Source of the DNA: Bacteroidia bacterium
GTDB lineage: Bacteria > Bacteroidota > Bacteroidia > M30B66
Assembly: GCA_965279035.1 (NCBI GenBank)
Contig: OZ257142.1
Span: 1,632,001 to 1,696,000, forward strand
DNA: 64,000 nucleotides
Reading direction: 5' to 3'
The notes beneath the pieces are model-generated. The model worked only from the letters and a program-made list of their open reading frames with translations, had not been told where the DNA came from and did not search any database. Shown one piece after another: positions 1 through 10,360 of this stretch. The position numbers and the translations under genes were made by a program. Numbering within the stretch: the first letter of the stretch is position 1; the number at the start of each line of letters is the position of its first letter.

Positions 1-90
1 TACTCATACACAGCTGCTTCAAACACGGATGCAATTAAAGCAGATATGCGTAAAATGGCGATGACTTTGAAAGAAGTTAAATGTCCTTGA
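1..90 (+). CDS. 3' end of a CDS entering from the left edge, unknown product
   Basis: Frame 1 is open from base 1 (YSYTAASNTDAIKADMRKMAMTLKEVKCP) to TGA at 88-90, just upstream of the next + gene. Confidence 0.55.
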   Translation, partial: YSYTAASNTDAIKADMRKMAMTLKEVKCP

Positions 91-124
91 TCGTTGAACC
101 TCTCTTAAAAACTCCAATGATCAT

Positions 125-559
125 ATGTACAAATTTCTCCTCATTTCATGTGTATTCATTCCATTTTTTGGGTGTCAAAATGCTGCTAAAAAAGCATCTG
201 AACCAGCCAATGGAAAATCGTGTTACCTCGCCAAAATGAATCGTGATTCGGTGCTTTTAGACTTGAACATGCAAGGCGATTCGGCTTCAGGAACACTCGA
301 ATACCGCATGTTTGGAGAAGATCACAGCATTGGTAAATTCACTGGTTCGAAACATGGAGATACCTTGATGCTGATTTATACATTTCAATCGGAAGGAATA
401 ACAAGTGAAACTGAGATCGCCTTTTTAAGAAAGGGTGATGATTATATTGAAGGTCATGCACCTATGAAACAAGATGGAAGCCGCTCTGTTTTTTCGGATA
501 AGAAAATGCTTCAATTCGATAGCAATATCATTCTAAAAAATACACCTTGTAAAAATTGA
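125..559 (+). CDS. Hypothetical lipoprotein
   Basis: Hydrophobic leader with lipobox-like FFGC; 144 aa beta-rich body. Confidence 0.7.
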   Translation: MYKFLLISCVFIPFFGCQNAAKKASEPANGKSCYLAKMNRDSVLLDLNMQGDSASGTLEYRMFGEDHSIGKFTGSKHGDTLMLIYTFQSEGITSETEIAFLRKGDDYIEGHAPMKQDGSRSVFSDKKMLQFDSNIILKNTPCKN

Positions 560-619
560 ATTTATTCTGCTGAATGTTGATTCACGTTAGAATTAAAATG
601 CTTTGTAATTTGAAATAGC

Positions 620-3600
620 ATGTTGAACAAACGATTTATTTTATTCATCCTACTTTTTGTTTCTGCGCTTAGTTCAACTGCTCAAACATTCGATCCTCAA
701 ATCAATGCACACGATACCAGCATCCCCGAATGGGCAAAAAAAATGTATGCTGAAAATCCCAATGTGCTTGAGGTAGATCGTTTATTTCGATTGTATTATA
801 AATCACATCCATTCAAGCAAAACAATTATACGCGCTATTACAAACGTTGGAGGCGTTACGTTACACCGTATTTGAATGATGATGGTACAATTAACTATCC
901 CGACGCAACGCAACGACAAACTATGGCCGCTGAATCGCGCGCTTTACAAACAGAACGTAGCACCTCTTGGAGTTTCTTAGGTCCTATTGTTCATCGTAGA
1001 GGAAAATATGCTGTAACTGATCCCAATGTGCAAATGTCGTATCATGCCAATGTGTATTGTATCGACCGCTCTATAAGCAATCCACAGGTTTTGTATTGCG
1101 GAACCGAATGTGGTGGTGTGTATAAATCAACCAATCAGGGAATCAATTGGGAATACGTTACGGAGAATAATATCATCGAAGATGTTTCAGCTATTTCGGT
1201 AGATCCAACTAACGAAAACACGGTTATTTTTTCTGCAGCAAATGAATTCTGGCGTTCGACCGATGGTGGTGCAACTTGGAATATTGTTGGAAATACTGCT
1301 TTTCAAGCATTAAATATCAAAGCCTATCAATTCAATTTTCATCCAACAAATTCGCAAATCGTTTTTGCTGCAACCACTTTGGGTCTCTACAAAAGCAGCG
1401 ACAATGGAGTTAACTGGACGCAAGTATTTAGCGGAGAATCCATGTCGGTAGAATTTAAACCTGGAAATCCGCAAGTAGTGTATGCACTTCAATTCAACGT
1501 CAATACTGGTGTTGCAGATTTTTATAAATCGACTGATGGAGGAACTGTATTTACACCCAAACCCAATGGTTGGTTTTCTGTGCCAACGGCTGATGCAGGA
1601 TTAATTGAAAATAGAGGAGGACGAATCGCTGTAACGCAAGCAAATCCAAATCGTGTGTATGTATTATTAGTTGGAGAAAGCGATGCAGCTGCAGCACTTC
1701 AACTGCGAGGAACAATTGGAATTTATTCAAGTGCTGATGCAGGAGAAAATTGGACTTTCCCACACGGTATTCAAGGAATGCCTTACGATGTTGCAACACA
1801 TCCTAACCTCATGGATTTTGATGGTCATAGCAGCGATTATGATCAGATTTATTACAATACCGCTTTAGCTTGTTCGCAATTAGATGAAACGAAATTGTTG
1901 ATTGGTGGATTGAATTTATGGCGCAGCAACGATGGTGGCGCAAGCTATGAAACCGTTGGTGGCTACATTGGAAACTTGCCCAATATGCACGTCGATTTGC
2001 AAGAATTTAAAGTATATAAAACATCTGCTACAAGCGAAGAATTTTGGTTTAGTAGTGATGGAGGAATTAATTATTCTACCGATTGGTGCACTACACACGA
2101 ATCGCGTACACGTGGAATTTATGGCTCCAATTTTTGGGGAATGGATCAAGGTTGGAACGAAGATATTATTGTGGGAGGACGCTACCATAACGGAAATGCA
2201 GCCTATGCACCAACCTTCGACACCGGATTATTTTTACGTTTAGGCGGTGGAGAAAGTGCAACCGGATATGTGAATTATAGCCCAGAACGGAAAACCTATT
2301 TTTCAGATATCGGTGGACGAAAAATTCCTCTCTTTCAAGATGAAGTGATTGGAACATTTAGCACGAATTTATATCCGAATGAAAGCTATTACGACAATGC
2401 GAGTTCACGCATGTTGTTCGATTGGAATTACTGGAATATTTCCTACATGGGACGTGACAATGTTTTATACAAAAGCACTGATGGTGGTTCTTCGTATGGT
2501 CCATTATATACCTTCGGCTCAGAACCAACCGATCAAGTATATTGGATTGAACAAAGTCATGCCGATCCGCTTGTATTTTATGTGCAACAGGTGGTTTCGA
2601 ATATTTCTAAATTGTGGAAAACAAACGATGGTGGAATAACATTTACAGCCATCACCTTACCACAAAATAGACGAGAACTTTATTTTACCTTGAGTCATAC
2701 CAATGCCTCTGAATTGTGGATTACATATACTTCCGGAACCAATGGAAATAAGGTATACACTTCCCAAAATGCTGGACAAACTTGGACAAACTTAACAAGC
2801 TCAACACTCAATGGAATATCGATTAAATCCATAGCACATCAAGCTGGGACGAATGGAGGAGTTTACATTGCGACTCGGAATAATCTTGTATTTTATCGAT
2901 CTAATACAATCAGCAATTGGCAAGTTGTAGGAACGGGTTTGCCAGCATCGATGTATCCATTGCGTTTGATGCCTTTCTATAAGAAGAATAAATTGCGTCT
3001 TGGTACTTGGCAGCTTGGAATTTGGGAAACCGATTTTGTCGAGACTTCATCTGTGATCCCTGATTTTTCTGCCGATTATCATTCGTTCAGTTGTCCGGGT
3101 GATACCTTGTGGTTTGTGAATCATTCTGTTTGCGATAGTTCGGCAAGCTTGCTTTGGTCATTTCCGGGAGCAAGTCCGTCGAGCTCAACACTCATTGCTC
3201 CCAAAGTAGTATATGGAGCTGCAGGAACATACCCAGTTACGCTCACTGTAACACAAAATGGTCAATCATTCAGTATTACCAAAAATACATTTATCACCTC
3301 TCAAACGGCTGGTTCTATTCCATTAGCCGAAGATTTTGAAAGTGGAACTTTGCCTCCCAATTGGAAATATACCGATGATGGAAATAATGGGGATAATTGG
3401 ATTGTAACAGATATAGCAAGTAGTTTCGGACAAGGTACATACAGCATGTTTTTCGATAATTATTATATCGATGTTGCTGGAAAACGAGATCGATTTAATA
3501 CCGAAAAACTCAACTTTAGTTCGGCCGCTGCGGTGCGATTATCTTTTGATGTGGCTTATTCTCAATACGATAATTCCTATTCGGATTCACTCGCCGTATT

Positions 3601-4102
3601 ATTTTCGACCGATTGTGGAATCACGTTTAATCAAGCATATTTAAAAGGAGGCGATCAATTGGCTACGGCTCCTGATTTAACGTCATCTCGTTTTGCACCA
3701 ACAGCAAGCCAATGGAGAAGAGATACAGTTTTAATTTGGGATGCAGCCGGAGCTAATGAAGTGATTATCGCATTCGAAAATCGTGGTCATTATGGACAAC
3801 CTATTTTCGTTGATAAAATAAATCTGAACACTCTAACAAGCGTTGAAATTCCAACGGTGAAAGGTGCTCAGATTAGCGTATTTCCAAATCCTGCAACAAA
3901 CAGTTTAAACATTCGCATCAAAGGAACTTTTCAAACCAATGCGAAATCCGAAATCCTTGATATGACAGGAAAAAGCTGTTTGAATTTTACCCTGAATTCT
4001 GATCAACAAGAAATACCCATTAATCAATTAAGTGCAGGTATTTATTTCCTTCGGATATATGGTGAAAAAGGATGGATTCAACAGCGCTTTGTGAAGCAAT
4101 AA
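620..4102 (+). CDS. T9SS-secreted BNR/Asp-box (VPS10/GH74-like) beta-propeller protein with PKD domain and type A CTD
   Basis: Signal peptide; about nine S/T-x-D/N-x-G-x-x-W/F/Y Asp-boxes; PKD-like WSFPGASP...GTYPVTLTV; CTD VFPNPA...LSAGIYFLRI...RFVKQ. Confidence 0.85.
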   Translation: MLNKRFILFILLFVSALSSTAQTFDPQINAHDTSIPEWAKKMYAENPNVLEVDRLFRLYYKSHPFKQNNYTRYYKRWRRYVTPYLNDDGTINYPDATQRQTMAAESRALQTERSTSWSFLGPIVHRRGKYAVTDPNVQMSYHANVYCIDRSISNPQVLYCGTECGGVYKSTNQGINWEYVTENNIIEDVSAISVDPTNENTVIFSAANEFWRSTDGGATWNIVGNTAFQALNIKAYQFNFHPTNSQIVFAATTLGLYKSSDNGVNWTQVFSGESMSVEFKPGNPQVVYALQFNVNTGVADFYKSTDGGTVFTPKPNGWFSVPTADAGLIENRGGRIAVTQANPNRVYVLLVGESDAAAALQLRGTIGIYSSADAGENWTFPHGIQGMPYDVATHPNLMDFDGHSSDYDQIYYNTALACSQLDETKLLIGGLNLWRSNDGGASYETVGGYIGNLPNMHVDLQEFKVYKTSATSEEFWFSSDGGINYSTDWCTTHESRTRGIYGSNFWGMDQGWNEDIIVGGRYHNGNAAYAPTFDTGLFLRLGGGESATGYVNYSPERKTYFSDIGGRKIPLFQDEVIGTFSTNLYPNESYYDNASSRMLFDWNYWNISYMGRDNVLYKSTDGGSSYGPLYTFGSEPTDQVYWIEQSHADPLVFYVQQVVSNISKLWKTNDGGITFTAITLPQNRRELYFTLSHTNASELWITYTSGTNGNKVYTSQNAGQTWTNLTSSTLNGISIKSIAHQAGTNGGVYIATRNNLVFYRSNTISNWQVVGTGLPASMYPLRLMPFYKKNKLRLGTWQLGIWETDFVETSSVIPDFSADYHSFSCPGDTLWFVNHSVCDSSASLLWSFPGASPSSSTLIAPKVVYGAAGTYPVTLTVTQNGQSFSITKNTFITSQTAGSIPLAEDFESGTLPPNWKYTDDGNNGDNWIVTDIASSFGQGTYSMFFDNYYIDVAGKRDRFNTEKLNFSSAAAVRLSFDVAYSQYDNSYSDSLAVLFSTDCGITFNQAYLKGGDQLATAPDLTSSRFAPTASQWRRDTVLIWDAAGANEVIIAFENRGHYGQPIFVDKINLNTLTSVEIPTVKGAQISVFPNPATNSLNIRIKGTFQTNAKSEILDMTGKSCLNFTLNSDQQEIPINQLSAGIYFLRIYGEKGWIQQRFVKQ

Positions 4103-4849
4103 TTAATTCACATGATTTAATTTTCCAGAACCTGAAATTGAAGAATTCACACTCGGTTGTCCTTTGTATTTCACGTCTCCGCTTCCGCTGATGGTCACAT
4201 CCAATTGATTGCTCACCGAAAGTTCTGCATCGCCCGAACCGCTGATATTGATGTTTGCTTGTTGTGCAGCTAATCCAAATGCGAATACACCACCAGAACC
4301 CGAAATGGTGAATTTTTCATAGGGTGTTGTTCCTGCTAAATAAAGTTCTCCCGAACCGCTAATATTGCCTTCAATAGCATTTTGTACATTGAGAGTCGCA
4401 CTGATATTTGCTGAGCCGGAAATGTCGAAATTAATGTTAGACACGTTCAATGTATTTGTTGCTTCTACACTTCCAGATCCACTAATGGCAATTGATTTTA
4501 CATCAGGCATTGTAATGTATACCTGCAATTCATCGTAGTTTAAACTACCGCAATGATTGTTAAAACCAATAGATAACACATTGTTTTTAGATTCAACATC
4601 TAAGATGTCTAATATATTTTGCTGTCCTTTAATCTCCACAGAATACGAGGTTCCTTGAGTTAAAAAGACATGTGCGCTAACGGAAGTATGAATGGAATTA
4701 AATGTAGAAAGTGAATACGATTTGTTCACAAGCGGACCTTTACCATTCACTGTAAAACATTCTTTGTTACAAGAAGAGCAAGCAGTAATAAAAGTTATTG
4801 CAAGAAAAAAACTTAGCAGCTTAGTAGAATGGATAAAGAGGGTTTTCAT
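4103..4849 (-). CDS. Head GIN domain (DUF2807-type, putative auto-transporter adhesin) lipoprotein
   Basis: Repeated ISGSG beta-helix motif; likely start ATG 4849 (MKTLFIH) gives a lipoprotein-like leader ending ACSSC. Confidence 0.85.
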   Translation of the reverse strand: MKTLFIHSTKLLSFFLAITFITACSSCNKECFTVNGKGPLVNKSYSLSTFNSIHTSVSAHVFLTQGTSYSVEIKGQQNILDILDVESKNNVLSIGFNNHCGSLNYDELQVYITMPDVKSIAISGSGSVEATNTLNVSNINFDISGSANISATLNVQNAIEGNISGSGELYLAGTTPYEKFTISGSGGVFAFGLAAQQANINISGSGDAELSVSNQLDVTISGSGDVKYKGQPSVNSSISGSGKLNHVN

Positions 4850-4962
4850 ACGATTGAGTTTTTGTGTTTTAATACAAAGACTCTCGTTCGAAGAAATACC
4901 CCTATCAATCCGAAAACTTAAATTGAAATAAAAAGCCAAAACAGCAAATTCAACGAATGAAA

Positions 4963-7335
4963 TCAGAATTTTTTCTTGATAAAAAAGAAGCTTCCATCCT
5001 CATCATCTAAGCCTTTGATTTTACCAAACTTAGGTGTTTGACGTTGATTTTGTTTTACAATTCCCATCACTTTCAAAGCAATGGTTTCTACCGAAATACA
5101 ATCATTTGGATTGTTATTAAGAGAATTTACAAATGCTGTAGTAAACAAACTAATATCACTTGAAAGTTCTTTATTGGCCGAAGTAATTACTTGTGCTGAA
5201 CGGAATTTAGTTACTTCCCAATCACTACATAAACGTGGTTTCATATCATCACGCATAGCCATATAAAACGCAGGTCCTGATTCACATGCATCCGAAATAA
5301 CCAAAACGTGTTTAAGCATAGTATACGCCTGCATCGAAGCACGTAATTGATTAACACTATAGTAGGTGTATTCATCATAATTATCGCCATCAACCGGAAT
5401 CCAATAACCAGTTTCGTTCAGGAATTTTCCATGTCCTGCATACCAAATGATGAGCGATTTTACTCTGTTTTTTTGAATCTGATCGCGAAGTTCTATGGAG
5501 AAGAATTTATCAAGCTCTGCTTTAGATAAATCTTTTTTATGAACGATTTTATCGATTTTATAATTCGATAATGCCGACTTCATATCGTTAACATCTCTTC
5601 CAGGTCCTTCGAGTTTTTGGAGATTTTTATAATTGCTGTTTTCAATAAATACAACCCAAGTTGTTCCCATTGGGTTTGCATTACTTGTGTCATCACGAAT
5701 CAGTTTGTAATTCGAAACCAGTTCATTTCCATACACATCCACTACTTGAATGCTTAAACTGTCTTTGGTTCCAATATTAACCAATGCTTGAAAAGTAGGA
5801 TTTTTCATTTCCAATGGAAAGCTGGCAGAAGTTCCATTAATGATGATGGATTTTATTAAGCTTTCATCACTCACCTTTCCCTCCAACATGATGCTCGGCT
5901 GGTTTTCTATGAATAACTCACGTTCTAAGGTTTGATAAGGTTTCGTGAATGAAACATTAGGAATTCCTACTTCGGTGCGAACGATAGAAAATTCTGCATT
6001 ACTCGAATTCAAATAGCAATCAGTAACTTGAATCTTGATGATGTTTTTATCTTTTAAATCGATCGTTGAAGTGAATTCAGGATTCATTGCTTCTTCGGCA
6101 AGACTCAAACTTTGACCATCTATAATGATTGATCGGATATAGCTCGCGTCGGTAACCATGCCTTTGATAGTTATAGATTTAGCATCTGCACGAACGGTAA
6201 TTTCTTTTGATGCGCCTTTGGGTTCTAAAATCGTAATAACAGGAGCTACACTTTCTTTATTTGCATCGAAATGTTTTTGTTTGGCTTCAGATAATGATTT
6301 ACCCAGTTCTTTATTGGTTGGATTTAGCTGAATTGCTTGTTTAAAATCACGAATAGCATCTGCATACGAACCACTACGAAGATTACTTTCGGCTCTCGAT
6401 GCAAATGCAGATGCGTTTTTAGCATCTAATAGAATTGCTTGATTGAAATCGTTTATCGACGCTGCAAACTGCCCTAATTGTTGATTCACCAAACCACGTT
6501 GATAAAAGGCTTCAGAGCTTTTTGCATTAATAGCAATGGCCTGATTAAAGTCCATTGTTGCATTTTGAAATTCTTTTTTACGTGTATAAACAATACCTCG
6601 CTTGATTAATACTTGCTCATCATTCGCATTTAACTTGATTGCATTGCTGAAATTAGTAATCGCTTGATCATCTTTCGATAATTTGAATTGAACATCAGCT
6701 ATCGCAGAATAATACGGATGAAGAACTTGTGGATTATCTCTTTTGCCTTTCGTATCTAATGCAATTTCTAAGGCTTTGGTGAAATAGGTTTCAGCTAATC
6801 CTGTATTGCCAACCCGATCAACAGCTTGTCCCATTAAATAATACGAATAATCATCTTCCTTATTTACTGATAAGGCAGCAGTTCCTGTTTGAATTACCCC
6901 TTCATAATTCTTCGATTTAAGCTGAGTCTCTTCTTTTAGGTGATAAAAGCGAGAAGTTTTTGGACTCAAACCAATAATTCTATCTAAGGTATTTATAGCA
7001 TCTATGTTTTCATTGGTTTTCAGTTGACTTAATGCCAATTCCTCCAATATCGCTGCATTTTTGGGATTTTTATTGGAGGCTGCAGTTAAATCTCTAACAG
7101 CCGCCTGGAAGTTTTCTTGCTTATAAAAAACACTACCACGCAAGAAAAAAGCATCTCCGTTTTCAGGCTCAAGCTGTAAAGCCTGATTCAATTTATCAAT
7201 GGCTCCAGTATAATCCTTGGCTTCAGATAATGAACGAGCTTCTTTAATTAATTTCTTGACCGATTGTGCCTGTGTGTTTTGGGGAGCAGCCAAAAGAAAA
7301 AGCACACAAATTAGGGGTATGTATAATGAACGCAT
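4963..7335 (-). CDS. Exported TPR-repeat protein with Ig-like repeats and C-terminal peptidase C14 (caspase-like) domain
   Basis: Signal peptide; many TPRs (AFFLRG, AFYQRG, DFNQAI); two similar beta modules; caspase-fold dyad motifs YAGHG and SDACESG. Confidence 0.85.
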   Translation of the reverse strand: MRSLYIPLICVLFLLAAPQNTQAQSVKKLIKEARSLSEAKDYTGAIDKLNQALQLEPENGDAFFLRGSVFYKQENFQAAVRDLTAASNKNPKNAAILEELALSQLKTNENIDAINTLDRIIGLSPKTSRFYHLKEETQLKSKNYEGVIQTGTAALSVNKEDDYSYYLMGQAVDRVGNTGLAETYFTKALEIALDTKGKRDNPQVLHPYYSAIADVQFKLSKDDQAITNFSNAIKLNANDEQVLIKRGIVYTRKKEFQNATMDFNQAIAINAKSSEAFYQRGLVNQQLGQFAASINDFNQAILLDAKNASAFASRAESNLRSGSYADAIRDFKQAIQLNPTNKELGKSLSEAKQKHFDANKESVAPVITILEPKGASKEITVRADAKSITIKGMVTDASYIRSIIIDGQSLSLAEEAMNPEFTSTIDLKDKNIIKIQVTDCYLNSSNAEFSIVRTEVGIPNVSFTKPYQTLERELFIENQPSIMLEGKVSDESLIKSIIINGTSASFPLEMKNPTFQALVNIGTKDSLSIQVVDVYGNELVSNYKLIRDDTSNANPMGTTWVVFIENSNYKNLQKLEGPGRDVNDMKSALSNYKIDKIVHKKDLSKAELDKFFSIELRDQIQKNRVKSLIIWYAGHGKFLNETGYWIPVDGDNYDEYTYYSVNQLRASMQAYTMLKHVLVISDACESGPAFYMAMRDDMKPRLCSDWEVTKFRSAQVITSANKELSSDISLFTTAFVNSLNNNPNDCISVETIALKVMGIVKQNQRQTPKFGKIKGLDDEDGSFFFIKKKF

Positions 7336-7431
7336 AGGACTTAGTATTAGGTTGTAGCAATTTCAAATGTAAGAAAATTTACATTTTTTAATCTGTTTTT
7401 TATTTTATTAGAAAGTCAGTTACGATAAGGC

Positions 7432-8265
7432 TTACACGATTTTGAAAACAAGACATCTCCAGGTATCTTCGGCTTTTTCTTCTTTAAAAACTAGTCCTTT
7501 AGAGGTACACTCAGCCTTTAATGCAGGAACATCTGGTTCAAGAAAACCACTTAAAAGTAGAAATGCACCCGGATTCATCGTTTTTATATAAGATTCCATA
7601 TCACGCATCAAAATATTCCGATTGATGTTGGCTAGGAAAATATCGTAAGTTTTTTCTGTCGGAAGTTTTTCGGCTCCACCTAATTCGATGTGCATTTCAA
7701 CACCATTTCGACCTGCATTTTCGATGGAGTTTTCTACTGCCCATTCTTCAATGTCGATTCCTTCTACTTGGACAGCACCCAATTTAGCAGCAAGAATTCC
7801 TAAAACGCCCGTTCCACAGCCCATATCCATCACCCGTTTGCCTTTCACTTCTAATTCCATCAAACCCAAACACATTAAGCGTGTGGTGGCGTGATGTCCG
7901 GTTCCAAACGACATTTTAGGTTCAATGACCAGTTCGATGCTACCATCGTTGGTGGCAGGATGAAACGGAGCACGAATCACACAGCGTTCATTCACCCGAA
8001 TGGGATCAAATTGCGCTTCCCAGACAGCATTCCAATTTTGTGGCTCAATTCGGTTGAAGGAATAGGCTGGTTTTGCAGGGAAACTAGCAATCAATTCCAG
8101 AAAATCATCGTTCTTGAAATCGGGTTCTTGCACATAGCCTAAGAAGCCGGTTTCATCATCCATAAAACTTTCAAAACCAATATCTGCTAATCCAGAGATT
8201 AGGATGTCTTTCAACTGACGGTCTTTGCCCGTTTGAAATTGAAATTCGAGGTATACGGCGCTCAA
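7432..8265 (-). CDS. prmA: 50S ribosomal protein L11 methyltransferase
   Basis: IEPKMSFGTGHHATT, DMGCGTGVL, LANINRNIL; TTG start overlaps the tpiA stop. Confidence 0.95.
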   Translation of the reverse strand: MSAVYLEFQFQTGKDRQLKDILISGLADIGFESFMDDETGFLGYVQEPDFKNDDFLELIASFPAKPAYSFNRIEPQNWNAVWEAQFDPIRVNERCVIRAPFHPATNDGSIELVIEPKMSFGTGHHATTRLMCLGLMELEVKGKRVMDMGCGTGVLGILAAKLGAVQVEGIDIEEWAVENSIENAGRNGVEMHIELGGAEKLPTEKTYDIFLANINRNILMRDMESYIKTMNPGAFLLLSGFLEPDVPALKAECTSKGLVFKEEKAEDTWRCLVFKIV

Positions 8266-9014
8266 AACGATCGGGCTATAGTTAGAAAATCGGCTGCTTT
8301 TAGGGATGCTCCACCAATCAAACCGCCATCAATATCGGCTTGTGAGAAAAGACTCGCTGCATTTTGGGCATTGCAACTTCCGCCATATAAAATGGACATG
8401 TTTTGGGCTACCTGATCGGAGAAAATTTCGCTCAAATAATTGCGTAAAAACGCATGAACTTCTTGGGCTTGTTCGGGACTAGCTGTTACGCCTGTTCCTA
8501 TTGCCCATACTGGTTCGTATGCGATAATGACGTGTTTGAGTTGCTCTTCATTTAGGCCATTTAATCCACCCGAAAGGTGATTTCTCAGCACTTCTTCGAG
8601 CTTTCCAGCCTCGCGTTCGGCTAAAGTTTCTCCACAGCAAAAAATGACGTGTAATCCATTTTCGAGGGCAGCTTTTACTTTTTTCCCAATGAGTTCATCG
8701 GTTTCGTGGTAAAGTGCGCGACGTTCACTGTGACCTAAAATCACATAATCGGCACCTGCTGATACTAGCATGTTAGCTGATACTTCTCCTGTAAATGCAC
8801 CTTTCGCTTGCTCTGAACAATTTTGCGCACCTACCGAAATTCCTGAATCAGCCAGTGTAGCACGAACCGGGACAATCCAAGTAAAAGGTGGACACACGAT
8901 TAATTGAGCATTCTCCGAATCGTTGAGTTGATCTCGTATTTCACGCGCCAAACCTAGCGCTTCGGTGAGCGAGGTATTCATTTTCCAGTTTCCGGCGACT
9001 ATCTTTTTACGCAT
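8262..9014 (-). CDS. tpiA: Triosephosphate isomerase
   Basis: AGNWKMN, ILGHSERR, AYEPVWAIGTG, GGLIGGASL; ATG 9014 preferred because a promoter box overlaps the longer start. Confidence 0.97.
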   Translation of the reverse strand: MRKKIVAGNWKMNTSLTEALGLAREIRDQLNDSENAQLIVCPPFTWIVPVRATLADSGISVGAQNCSEQAKGAFTGEVSANMLVSAGADYVILGHSERRALYHETDELIGKKVKAALENGLHVIFCCGETLAEREAGKLEEVLRNHLSGGLNGLNEEQLKHVIIAYEPVWAIGTGVTASPEQAQEVHAFLRNYLSEIFSDQVAQNMSILYGGSCNAQNAASLFSQADIDGGLIGGASLKAADFLTIARSF

Positions 9015-9029
9015 AGGTGGGTGTTTGGG

Positions 9030-9037
9030 CAAATATA
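9030..9037 (-). promoter_or_regulatory. Bacteroidota sigmaA -7 element (TATATTTG) for tpiA-prmA
   Basis: Matches TAnnTTTG, 16 nt upstream of ATG 9014. Confidence 0.6.
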
Positions 9038-9107
9038 GAGATAGTAAACAGAGTGCAATCGGGTGAATAAACGGAATCTATACACGTGTTTTGAGCAGAA
9101 ATGAACC

Positions 9108-10061
9108 ATGAAGCCTTATTTTTACCTCATGAATATTCTCTTTGCTGACACCGCCCATCCATTTCTCGAAGAAGCCTTAACAAAAGCAGGACATACCTGT
9201 TTTTATGATCCTGAACTGAATCGTAGCAAGGCTATGGAGATTTTGAATCAATACGATGGAGTGGTAATTCGGAGTCGTTTTAAGTTTGATAGGGAACTTT
9301 TGGATGCCGGGAAAAATCTTCGCTTTATCGCACGGGTAGGGGCGGGCATGGAAAATATAGATCAAGCCTATGCAGAATCCTTGGGAATTGTGTGTTTGAA
9401 TGCACCCGAAGGCAACCGAAATGCCGTGGCAGAGCAGGCTTTAGGTATGTTACTGATGTTATTCAATAACCTGTTACGCGCAGATGCCGAAGTGCGAAAA
9501 GGTATTTGGATTCGGGAAGAAAATCGGGGCGTTGAATTATGCGGGAAAACGCTTGCTATTATCGGCTATGGCAATACCGGAAGCACCTTTGCCAAGCGTT
9601 TGCGTGGTTTTGATGTGAAGGTCTTAGCGGTTGATCCTTACAAAAACGGATTTGGTGATGAATTCGTTCAAGAATCTACCATGGACGAAGTTTTTCGCGA
9701 AGCCGATGTGGTTAGCCTGCACATTCCTTTAACGGATGAAACACGGTATTTAGTAAATGAAAACTGGCTGAATCGTTTCGAAAAGAACATCTATCTCATC
9801 AACACCGCCCGTGGAAAATGTCTCAACACCGCCGATATAGTCAAGGCGTTAAATTCGGGAAAAGTCTTAGGTGCAGCGCTCGATGTGCTCGAATATGAAA
9901 CTGTTTCGTTCGAACAATTAGATCAGATTCCTGCTCCTTTGCAAGCATTAATTGATAGTGATAAGACCGTTCTTAGTCCGCACATTGCCGGCTGGACGCA
10001 TGAATCGAATCGGAAAATGGCGGAGATACTGGTTGGGAAGATTGGGGAGTTGGGGGTTTGA
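9108..10061 (+). CDS. D-isomer-specific 2-hydroxyacid dehydrogenase (phosphoglycerate dehydrogenase-like)
   Basis: IIGYGNTG Rossmann motif, INTARG, AALDVLEYE, LSPHIAGWT; start may be 9129. Confidence 0.9.
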   Translation: MKPYFYLMNILFADTAHPFLEEALTKAGHTCFYDPELNRSKAMEILNQYDGVVIRSRFKFDRELLDAGKNLRFIARVGAGMENIDQAYAESLGIVCLNAPEGNRNAVAEQALGMLLMLFNNLLRADAEVRKGIWIREENRGVELCGKTLAIIGYGNTGSTFAKRLRGFDVKVLAVDPYKNGFGDEFVQESTMDEVFREADVVSLHIPLTDETRYLVNENWLNRFEKNIYLINTARGKCLNTADIVKALNSGKVLGAALDVLEYETVSFEQLDQIPAPLQALIDSDKTVLSPHIAGWTHESNRKMAEILVGKIGELGV

Positions 10062-10063
10062 TA

Positions 10064-10343
10064 TACGATGTACGATATACGTATTACGAAAATTTCGGGA
10101 GGACGGGCATTCGTTGACCTCACCCCCGACCCCTCTCCTCGGGAGAGGGGAGTTTTAATTCGTGAAATTTGAAGCTTTGCAGTTTTTCTCGTACATCGTA
10201 AATCGTACAGCGAAGCGATCGTAAATCTTAATCCGATGTACGATGTACGATATACGTATTACGATTTTTTCGGGAGGACGGGCATTCGTTGACCTCACCC
10301 CCAGCCCCTCTCCTCGGGAGAGGGGAGTTTTAATTCGTGAAAT
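10064..10343. repeat. Two ~105 bp direct repeats (10064-10168, 10239-10343), each a TACGAT-heptamer run plus a REP-like hairpin
   Basis: Near-identical copies 175 bp apart; hairpin CCCCTCTCC-TCG-GGAGAGGGG; inverted ATCGTA heptamers between the copies. Confidence 0.9.
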
Positions 10344-10360
10344 ATTGAACTTTTAATTCC

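Noticed and set aside
9952-10158. ORF ending LTSPPTPLLGRGEF
   Set aside because: Overlaps the dehydrogenase gene and only translates the REP hairpin
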